Source: Phallusia mammillata (lineage: Eukaryota). From it: a stretch of 64,000 nucleotides of DNA. Each line of letters begins with the position of its first letter. Within the stretch, counting starts at the first letter, position 1. The position numbers and the translations under genes were made by a program. The notes below the pieces were generated by a model, which worked only from the letters and a program-made list of their open reading frames with translations, made no database searches and was not told the origin of the DNA. Positions 50,285 through 61,397 of the stretch are shown piece after piece. The DNA lies in assembly GCA_965637545.1 (NCBI GenBank), contig OZ281496.1, positions 25,668,001 to 25,732,000 on the forward strand. Reading direction: 5' to 3'.

Positions 50285-52808
50285 ATGAAAGCAGTGGTAT
50301 TTTGCCTTGTGGTAGCGACATACGTTCTTTGCACCGAATGTAAGACGTTGTTATATGTTATGGAAGTGTTAGAGATGAAACAGAATATGGATGCTTTACA
50401 GGTCTCAGATGCATTACATGCTATGGATCAGGAAGTGTTGATGATTGCGACGTAAATGGAAAACTCAGGCAATGTATGCCTAACGAGGTGTGCAATAAAA
50501 CTGTTTAGTGTAAAACGTTTGTCTACTACCACAAAACGATTTGAGACATTTGTTTAGCTATCATGTGAAACAACTGTGAGACGTTCAGGCGGTCATGTAA
50601 CTGTCATGAAAGGATGCAAGAACTCACGAGCATGCAGGGACAACCAAATGCAGGTAGAACGATACTGTATACTTCTGTGATGAAAAGTAATGGCAACTAA
50701 AAGTTTTGCAGGTCAATGTGTGAATAACATGGATTTCGTTTTTTCACCCAGCTGTCTAAAGAGTCCATGTAAATCGACTAAATATATGAAAATATTTATT
50801 CTTGCAGAATACAAAATTCTCCGGAAGGTCAACTCAGTGCAATTCAAATCAATTAAACTCAGTTTGTACTTGTTGTTGTGACAAAGAAATGTGCAACATT
50901 GGAATTTCAAACTGCAATCTTAACTACCCACAAATCGGTTTTGATGGTGTGTTAGTTTGTTTTTTCCTCGTATAGAACAAATGGATAATATTTGTGTTTG
51001 CTACAGCAAAGGACTGTCCTGTGGCTTCAACATACTTTCCACATGGCAACGTAAAGTGCAACAACGAGAACAACGCTTGTGAATATCAATGCACAGAAAA
51101 TGACTTCTTTGTGTGGCCAGTAGGAAGCGAAATTAATGTTTGTCTCAGCAATGGATCATGGGCTCACGAAAAACCATGCTGCGCACGTAAGTACATGGTA
51201 CACAAAAAACACAAACTTTAGACTAAATGTTTCAAATACAAGAGAACCGTTTTGTTACAACAGACATACAGAATTCTTACTACCAACAAAGCCGCTGGTA
51301 GTTTTTTAATTTTGCTAGCTGTTTGTGAAACGAGCATAAGCCGTAAAAGCGTCACTTAGATACTTGGCAGTTGGGCAATAGCTACAACTAACATAAATTG
51401 TAACCTTTAGGTAAGTGCATTTTTTGCAGGTCCTTGTCCTCCATACAGAATTGCAGACAGCACAATGATTGTTCATCACACTGGGGAAAGTGGAAAACGC
51501 TTAATGGAACAGCTGCCTAGCGCTATAACATAGTTAAGTACACATGTTGAAGCTCTGTGTCTCAAAGATACCGTTTTTTATATTTTGTTCTTAGTGCGCC
51601 TATAGCAGAAGACCTTGTCAAGTTGTCCGTGATATCCTTTGGTGATGAAGTGGTTGAATCGAGTCTCGTGAAGTTTAATGAATATGGGGCGAACGAGACA
51701 CTATTGATAAAACTGTTGCAGGAAAGACAAGTAATTACCGATGAAGGTGAGTTGCTTTACATTTCGTGTTTGTTAAACCAGGATTTAAATTTACATGAGC
51801 GTTACATAATTATGCTTTCGGGAAATTTAATAGTAAGCAAAGTTAACCTAATATATGATTGCTTTACAGCATGCTGTTGCAACCAAAAACTTGTGTCGTG
51901 ATTGGTTTTCAGTTTAATCTATTAAGCATAGTGTATCTAATTACGATCTTTAGGTCCAGGTGATACAGGACTCGCCATGCAATACGCCCTGGATAATATG
52001 TTGATCCCCGAGGCTGGCATGAGAACCAATCCCATAGTAATGAAAACTTTGGAACTTCACACTAACACGCAACCGAACGACAACGCGATAGAAGTTGCAA
52101 AGACAGCAAGAGAAAGTGGCTTCTTGGTGAGAATCCTTTATAGTAGCGTATAGCAGTAGTTCTCAAACGGTGCGTCGCGGCGCCCTGCTGCGTCGTTTCA
52201 ATTTTCCAAGGGCGTCGCAGAATAGTTCCTTTTCGTGGCTTTTTGTTGTTGTATCAGTAAACACAACTTTAATAATACGTTTCCTCATTAACTTTTATTT
52301 GCTGGTGCGTTACAAGTCCAGAAAACTTTTCCAGAGGCGTCGCAATAAAAACAGTTTGAGAACCACTGGCGTATAGTATTACCTAAAAAATTCTAGGCAC
52401 TCTAAAAAATGTTAAATTCGCATTTTTTACCATTTTTGCACAACAACCGTTCCATGAAAATATAATATTTGACTTGCAACAAGATGTTTGTGAATAAACT
52501 GTCCGTATATGACTTCGGTAAACCAGCAGTTCCTACACTTGTTGGGTCCAAATGTTAGTGATTAGATCTAAAACATAGCCTGTCGTGTTTTATACATTAA
52601 TTTAATCTCTTTATTTTAGGTCTATGTTTTCGGATTTGAAATTGGCGGTTTTAAATTTGACCGCGACCAGCTCGAAAAGATTACCGGAGACAAGGAGCAC
52701 GTATTCTTATTTCAGGGTGATTACGGAGATTTAACGCCGCAAAACAAAAAAGACTTGAATGATCATTTTTGTCCCCATCCGTGTGATCACAGTTTGCATA
52801 ATGAGTAA
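50285..52808 (+). CDS. LU-like + CCP + VWA protein, gene J (390 aa)
   Basis: Exons 50285-50339, 50402-50487, 50558-50653, 50808-50946, 51007-51186, 51430-51532, 51595-51746, 51954-52126, 52620-52808; 1173 nt open. TATA-like ctataaat near 50245. Confidence 0.85.
52154..52368. mobile_element. 215-bp hAT-type MITE in gene J intron 8
   Basis: TIRs cagtagttctcaaac / gtttgagaaccactg; perfect 8-bp TSD GCGTATAG at 52146-53 and 52369-76. Confidence 0.9.
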
Positions 52809-53372
52809 ATAAATTAGTAATGCACCCAGAACGAAAAACATAAAAATGCAATCGGTTACAAATATAAGATGTGTATACACTTAATACGATTTTCAACTTT
52901 TTGTAGAGTGCTGTTATATGAAATCAGTATACAACTTTCTATTAATTTTAATGTACGGTGTAAATACTCCATCTTGATAGGCGTATGTTAATTCTTTAAC
53001 CAAATGTTCACAATCTTGGACATTGATCAATTATTGTTTTCTGGCGCCTGGAATTTATCGCAAGACCACCAAATTAAAATAAAGTAAAATAAATGTTTTA
53101 TGAAAGCACATTACAGCTACTGTGTCAACAGCAAAAGGCAGATCACCGAGATATGACATATTTTGCGGTTTGCTAGCTTCCTCGTAACTCAAATTGGAGT
53201 ATTTTTATCCTGAAAAATGTGCATGAACTGCCAAAACCTTCACCTACAAAATTATGCTGAAAACGAAGAAAGCGACTCTCCCTAAGGCGATGGCGAACAG
53301 GTGTTTAAAAATGACCAAGCAATCTGTTTAGTTTGCAATAACTTCTGCAAGGCACGAGTGATAACGGCAAAA

Positions 53373-55978
53373 ATGAAAGCAGTACTCCTTTGTATTCTGA
53401 CAGCCGCGTACATTATTAGAAGTGATGGTAAGAATTTTTTGATTAAATATCGTTATAGAGTGCTATTGTATAAAACTTACAAACTGTTTAGGTCTCAGAT
53501 GCGTAACATGTTACAGTTCAAAAAGCATCGATGATTGCGACGCAAGCGGAAAACTCAAGCAATGTATGTCCAACGAGGTGCGTTGTAAAAGGGTAAAGTA
53601 AGCCGTTGTACTGCTGTAACCGGGCTTTAAGCACTAAAAGTTTTGTGTTGTTTGACGCCATACCAACTCCCGCAATCAATCTTTATGTAAAATAATGTTG
53701 AAGTCACTAACTCATACATGCTCCACGAAGCCAAACGGTATATGCTTCGCTGTGAGAGTATATGTTTGTAAACAAATATTATTGGAATTTTTATTGTTCA
53801 GAACTCATGTGAAACAACCGTGAGGCGTTCACGCAATCACATAACGGTCATGAAAGGATGTAAAGCATCACCATCATGCAGAGACAACCAAATGCAAGTA
53901 AGGTGTAGGAAAGTAAAATGAACATTCGAGTTTTTTGTCTGATTGGAACAAGATAAGTTTTTCCATCTTTGTTTTACAGTATTATGTAAATTGTGCCGTT
54001 ATAGTAATATTTATGGCTGCATGAAATTATTTTGTGGTGCAGAACACTAGATATTCGGGAGGGTCCACACAGTGCAACTCAGATCAAGACAATTCAGTTT
54101 GTACTTGCTGCTGTAACAAAGACATGTGCAATATTGGAATTCCTAACTGCAATTCCAATTACCCACAAGCCCAAAATGATGGTAGGTTTTCTTCGCTTTT
54201 CTCTATTAATACCTAAACGGCCCAAAACGAATCTTTTTATAATTATAATGACCTACAGCAATAGACTGCCCCGCAATGTCAACCAAGTTTCCGCATGGCA
54301 ACGTAAAGCGTCATAACGACAAAGTTTATGAATTTCAATGCACGGAAAAAGACTACTTCGTATGGCCAGAGGGAAACGACATAAACATATGTCTTGGAAA
54401 TGGATCGTGGGCTCACGAAAAACCCTGTTGCGCACGTAAGTTTATTTCAAAACGCAATTGTAACTTACCGCCGAATAATAACATGAAAGAAAACCCTACA
54501 TTAAACAACAAATAACTCGGCAATAAAAAGTATCCTAAAAAGGCGACAATCACTTGCAAAAAAGGTGCTATGTTCCCTTCGTATGTCGTTTGAAGGCTCA
54601 TGTTTTTTTAAGCAAAGCTTGGCGAGACAGAACTAAAACGGTGCACAAACATATATGTTTTACAGGCAACTGTCCTCCATACAGAATTGCGGATCAGACA
54701 ATGCTCGTTCATCATACTGGAGAAAGTGGGAAACGTTTAATGCAACAGCTTCCCACTTCAATTGTATAGTTGAGTACAAACGGACAAACTGCGTTCAAAC
54801 CTACGTGGTTATGAACAAAATTATTAAAAATGTTGTCTTTACAGCGCTCCGATTGGAGAAGACGCTCTGAAATTATCAGTGATGTCTTACGGTGACGACA
54901 TTGTTGAATCAAGCGTTGTGAAGTTTAACGAATATGGAGAGAACGCAACACGATTATCTGAATTACTACGGGAAAGACAAGTCATTTCTGAAGAGGGTGA
55001 GTTGCACTTGTTTTCTTTTTTAACTTTTTACTGAAAGTCAAGCAGATAAAAGCAATTCGATAATTGTTTGAATTTTGTCCAACATACCTTGAGTCGTAGT
55101 AGAAGCTCAGTGATGTGAATTTCGCTGAGGAAAATTACACAATTTCACAAGTGTGAAATAGGTATGCCATGCTTATCAGAAGAAGGTGAAAAGGATCCAA
55201 TAGGTGCACACATGAGAAGTGGACCTTTTCCTTTGGTTAATAACTGCTACAATGTAATTGTTCTTATGTGCTAATAACTTGGTTTTAGTCAATGTTCATG
55301 TACAGAAATAGTTAATGACGCTTTCCGTTTGTTTCCTTACATCACAAACCAAATCAAAACTTTTCTTCTCGTCTAGGTCCGGGAGACACAGGGCGTGCGA
55401 TGCAATATGCACTGGACAATCTGATAACACTAGAATCTGGCATGAGACCCAATAAGATAGTACTAAAATCATTGGGACTTCACACCAACACGCAGCCCAA
55501 CAGCAATGCCATAGAAGCAGGAAAAAGAGCAAGAGAACGTGGAATTCTGGTATGAAGCAATACAAATAGTTGTTTTTGTAACTTTTAATAAAACGCATGT
55601 ACGTATGTTTACTAAAAAGAAACTTACATGTACTAACTTTGGAAGTCACATAACAGCCTCAACATTTGAGAGCAACTGTTTCCAAACAGTTTCGTAAATA
55701 AGTCAAGTTACAAGCAACTGATTTTGAAAAGCTCGTTTCAATTACATTGTTGGTCGTATTTTTATATTGAGTGTATGTTTTTGTTTCAGGTCTATGTATT
55801 TGGGTTCGAAATTGGCGGGTTCAAATTTGACCGAGAACGACTGGCTGAGATTACTGGAACCAAAGACCACTTGTTTATATTCCAGGGTTATTACGGTGAT
55901 TTAACGCCAGAGAATATCGAAGACCACAACTCACATTTTTGTCCACATCCGTGTGACCACAGTTTACATGATGAATAA
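53373..55978 (+). CDS. LU-like + CCP + VWA protein, gene K (389 aa)
   Basis: Exons 53373-53427, 53492-53577, 53802-53897, 54043-54181, 54259-54435, 54666-54768, 54845-54996, 55377-55549, 55790-55978; 1170 nt open. The CCP has lost two Cys. Confidence 0.85.
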
Positions 55979-56375
55979 ATGTCAATGAACTATAACACCA
56001 CGTCATGCAGTTTTATCGTTTCAAATATTTTGAATATTTTTTAAAATACGTGTCTCTCAGAATACCCCATTTGCAGTTCTTAAAGTTAACAGAATTCCCC
56101 TTGACTATAATGCAACATAAAAACTGGGTATAAACTTGTTTGGGTACCAAGGTTGAATGTTGTACAAAGGTTATATCCTACCTGAGTACCAAAATAATAT
56201 TTTGCATCATTTTCAAAAAAACTATTTTGTTTGAACTAAATTTGTCTCTGTAAATAAAGTAATGATAACTGATTGTGCATGTCCATATAGTTGTTTACAG
56301 TTTATTCACCAATTTGTTAGACTTAATGACCAATAGCCCAACAACTCACACTAACAACATTTTAGTTGTAATAAC

Positions 56376-56637
56376 CAGAGTTGCAAGCGGGCCCAAAATC
56401 TGAGCCCGAACCCGAAAGTACATGAGAAAGACTAAAGAGAAACACAACAAGCACAATGAACAATAGTAGACAATGGGGTAAACAATACGTTTTAGAGTAG
56501 GGCGGGCATTAGGTCAAAGCCAGAGACTTGTTACTTAGCTGAGTGATTTTATTTAAAAAAATGGCGGACACGGAACGTAAAGTCAGGCCCATTGTGAGCC
56601 CGTTTTCTCACAAAGCCCGGCCCGACTTGCAACTCTG
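56376..56637. mobile_element. 262-bp hAT-type MITE between genes K and L
   Basis: TIRs cagagttgcaag / cttgcaactctg; perfect 8-bp TSD GTAATAAC at 56368-75 and 56638-45. Confidence 0.9.
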
Positions 56638-57109
56638 GTAATAACACGATAGAGTTTAAAGTCAACAAAGAGTGTGACAACAAACAAAGCTAGTCCAGGG
56701 TACTTTAGAATAGCAAAAAAAAATTAATTCCCGCATGTAAAAACAAGTTTACAAAATACGCAGAAGTTTTATCCTCAATCAAACAGAGGTTCTTGGCCAC
56801 AAACAAACTGCTCAAAGATAATCTATTAGCATATGAAACTGGGCAAAGGGTGACAGAAACAAATGGAAGAAAAACTTGCAGCACAAATCAGGTTCACTTT
56901 TCATACGTAAAACTGATTTTCGGGCCTTGTTGCAGTAACGTAAACACAAATCAGATATCATCTTAATGCAACTAAACCGTAACAGTCGCAGTCCACCCCT
57001 AGGCAACAGCTAAGGTCATCTGTCATCGTTTCGGTAAACCTACGGTCAAATACAAACTGGGCGTTGCTGGTGGTATTTTTCGATTGTCAAACTCACTTTA
57101 CAGCAAGAA

Positions 57110-60100
57110 ATGAAGATTGTAGCATTTTGTTTTGTAGTGGGTTCGTTCATCGCATGCACGAAAGGTAAGAAGTTATGAGGTACTCAAAAGAATAATGACA
57201 ATCCAAATGCATTGTGTTTAGGTTTAAAATGTATGACCTGCTACACTACTGGTAGTTTTGAAGACTGCGATGTAAATGGAAAACTGAAGCAATGTATGCC
57301 AAACCAGGTTAGTGACACTGAAAACAGTTAAAACACGAAACGAATAAAAGGACGTCTGAACATAGTTCGTTATTCCATTCGTTTAGGACTCATGTGAAAC
57401 AGTCGTGAGACGCTCAGGAAGTCATATGACTGTCATGAAGGGCTGCAAGAATTCACGAGCATGTGAAAACAACCAAATGCAGGTACAAAATATATGACAC
57501 AAACTTATCTATTCCAAAGTACGTAAGTACCCGAATAAGGTATTATTTTTGGCTTAGAACAGAAAATACTCGGGAAGATCAACTCAGTGCAACGCGGATC
57601 AAATTAATTCAGTTTGTACCTGTTGCTGTAACGACGACCTTTGCAACGGTGGAGCGCCCACTTGCGTGGAACATTACAAACCCACACAACCTCGTAAGAC
57701 ACATGGCAATAACGTGAGAAATATTGAACAACATATACCTAGAGGTTTTTGTTTAGTTCTAGACTGTCCTCAAGTTCGAGAGAATTTTCCCCATGGAAAA
57801 ATTGAATGTTACAACGAGAACAAAGCTGGAGCATTGTGCGAATATCAATGTACTGCAAAGGATTATGCTGTTTGGCCGCCAAAGCGAACTACAAATGTTT
57901 GCCTCGCTAATGGAACGTGGGCACACGAAGAGCCGTGCTGCGCACGTAAGTTGTGTATGCTGAAGCTTTTATCAATAAATGTGTATTCATTTGGAAAAAT
58001 AGCCGCAATAAAACTATTGCCCTACATAACCTTACTTAAAAAAATCGATGCACACGAACTAAGTAAACCATCTTCAAAACAAAATGTACTTGCCTTTTTT
58101 CCTACCATACATTTAAAAGCTTGATTCATAATCTACAAAGCATTAAGTTGTGTTGTTCATTTTCTTTTTAGGTCCATGTCCACCCTATTATCTTTTCGAT
58201 AACATTCTGATGTTTCATTTCGGGGGTGAGGACGGTACACAACAACTTGAAAACACATTGAACATGTTTAGCAGGTGAAAGTTGATGTGCAAAACACAAT
58301 ACTGTAGGATTCATAGTACAAAAACACAGAAATTTAATAACCTTTTTGAGTGTGCAATACAACAAAGTCTTAGTTGAATACAAAAATGAAAATGTGGACA
58401 GACTAACTTTAAAACATGTTTTTGTAAAGCGCACTAAAAAGTGTTTTCAAAGGATTTTTTAGCAAAACGTCGTTTCAAATTATACTCTTGCTTGACTACC
58501 GTTTTGTTCACCTGAAATACCTCTTTGGTTCATTGTTACCAAGTAAGGAATTTTGACAGTTAAAAGTATGATGTTTCATGTTTGCAGCTCACCAATAGCA
58601 GAGGACGCCCTCAAAGAAGCTGCACTCTACTTCAGTGGTGAACCGATTGAATCAAGTGTAGTTAAGTTTAACGAATATGGAGCAGATTTAACACGCATGG
58701 TTCAGTTGATAAAAGAAAGAATTAAAGCGGTGAATGAAGGTACGTCCAAGGTTCTAGTGATAACACAAATAGCACCCAAGAAAAACTTTGATACTCATTG
58801 TAATACCATACTCTGTTGAAAAGCCGCAAAGGGTAACATATAGATTTATTACTGGGATAACCGCTGCGTTGATGCAGGCCAGCGATCACGACACACTAAC
58901 ATAATACGTCAGCTCTACTGAAGGCGATATACAGGGTGAATCAATATTCCGAACATTCCCAAATGGCAATTAGACATATAGGCTATAAACATCCAGTCTG
59001 TGTCGGCATTCGGAAAAGCACATGGTTTGACGTTAGAATGCACGAAAAGTATACCATAAAACAATTTGCAGAATCGGTTTTAACCAACGGACACAGACAA
59101 ATGACTGACACGACTGAACGCTAGTTATAATACGTTTAATTTTGTTACAGGAGGCCCGGATGTGGGCGCTGCCATTCAATACGCTATGGACAATCTGTTT
59201 ATCCCTGAAGCTGGTGCAAGAGACGATCGTGTACCAAAGAGTATCACAATTTTGACCAATCGAAATCCAGACGACGACGCAACTGAAGTAGCAGAAGAAG
59301 CAAGAAGACGTGGCATATTGGTAACAACCGCTCTGCCGTTTTTTGGTCACACAGTCCGATGTTGATTAAGATACCAAATGTTCACATTAGACTATAAATA
59401 GCATCTAACCCAGGGGTTCCCAACCTGTGGTACGCGTACCACTAGTGGTACGCGATAGCTTTTCAGGTGGTACGCGAGTAGCTTCCGCTTTTTTCACGTA
59501 AACCTGAATTTACAACTTTATATTTTGTTTATCTGGTTTTGTTTTTCAAAAAAATCTCCAAGGTTCTTCTTATTGTTACGTAACTATTCCTGTTGTTTCG
59601 TATCATTACGATCTTCAAAATACAGGTTATGTCAATTGTCAACAAGAAGCACAGTTGCTTTGAAACGCCGTAGAATGCTGTGAGACAGTGGGCATTAATT
59701 ATATGTCAAATGATTGCCCTTGATAGATATCATCTACTATTTTATAGCTTAGGCTACAAATAGCGTTGAATAATGCTAGTGTTGTAAGCTAAAATAGATC
59801 AGGATAAAATGTTCAATAACGGTTACGTATGAAGAGGTAGTTTATGCTTCGTAGTAATGCATAGGAATGTGAGCAGGTATTTTCCGTCACGATGATCATC
59901 AAGTCAAAAATTTGAAACCGACTATAGGTGCGCACGGAAATGAATTTTGATGCGCTGCCAGTTTACACCGCGCATCGACCAATTGGTGGACAGTAAACAA
60001 AAATATCATTAAATTTCGTTGTGGTGCTTTAGTGTTATTTTAGTAGGCCAATATTCTTCTTCTGAATACAATATGATTCGATCAAATTAGTTGTTCTGCA

Positions 60101-60593
60101 AGAAGTGGTACGCGTGGCAGTACAGAGCGTCCAAGTGGTACGAGATCGTAAAAAGGTTGGGAACCCCTGATCTAACCACTACACCGAAGCATTTTGTGCA
60201 GTGAATGTAAGATTTCAAAACCCTCTGCAAAAGGTGGATTTCAAACCGAAAACAAGAGCCTATTTTAGGCAGGTGTTTTACTGCAACAACGGATGTTTTG
60301 TAAACTAATTGGGACAATAAAAATGCAACACAACAATATCTAACGATATACCTTGTCCTTGGAGAAAGCTAAAAGTCCTTCATGTTTGTTACCTTTTTCA
60401 GATTTACTTTCTTGGAACTGAAGTAGACAACTACAAATTCGACCGTGAGAAGATACTAGACATAACTGGAGAAAAAGAGCACATTTATATATTCGGGCAG
60501 TCGTTCAACACTCTCACTGCTGACCTTCTAACAGATATGACCAATCACTTCTGCCAAAACCCATGTGACCACGTCCTGCACGATCACAATTAA
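57110..60593 (+). CDS. LU-like + CCP + VWA protein, gene L (392 aa)
   Basis: Exons 57110-57164, 57222-57307, 57387-57482, 57558-57693, 57757-57945, 58172-58274, 58588-58739, 59151-59320, 60402-60593; 1179 nt open. Confidence 0.85.
59411..60169. mobile_element. 759-bp non-autonomous hAT element in gene L intron 8
   Basis: 16-bp perfect TIRs caggggttcccaacct / aggttgggaacccctg; 8-bp TSD ATCTAACC at 59403-10 and 60170-77; subterminal gtggtacgcg repeats. Absent from paralog M. Confidence 0.9.
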
Positions 60594-61397
60594 CACGAAT
60601 GTTTTTTGAAAATATGTGTATAAATTAGGTTGTACACAAGCATTTCGTATCTAAAATGACTATTGGTGTGAAAGTAAACATTACTCTTTATCGCAACTAT
60701 TTGTTCATACATGTAGAAACCTTGCTTGTAATTCTCTTTAAAGTAAAGCATCATATTATGATAGCTTTTTTTAAACAACCCAAGCCTGTGTAATAAATCA
60801 ATAGTCACTCCCTTTTCTATTACAGTTCTGCGTGAATTGTTTTTATATTCGGTGACTTTAGTTACGGTATTGGGTTTCACTGGCTGTGAAGAATGTCGAG
60901 AAGACGAGACAGGATTTGAACAAATATCACTAGATATATGCCCACATAGCACTTTTCCTTGTCAAACTTTGATCTGTGGGATAGGAAACTCAAAGTTACC
61001 AAACCAAAAATTGGAAAAACATCAGTTCGATAATCATACCCAGAAAATAACACCTATAACCAGTCACTTTCCTGTGTAAATAAAGTAAACAAAACTGAAT
61101 GTGCATGCCCACATATTCTACTATTTAGCAGAGGAAAATAGCTAAAGGCGTGAAAGAAACATCCTGCAGACCCAGGTATGTGCACATACATCAGATTGTC
61201 GGTACTTGTGGCAGTAACGTAAACATATAAAAGTTGCCAAACCAGATATCAAATTAATGCAACTAAGCCGTAACAGTCGCAGCCCACCCCTAGGCAACAG
61301 CTAAGGCCACCTGGCATTGTTTCGGTAAACCTGCGGTCAAATACAAAACTGAGTGTTAGTGGTAGTTTCCGTCTATTGGCACTGACTTTGCAACGAA

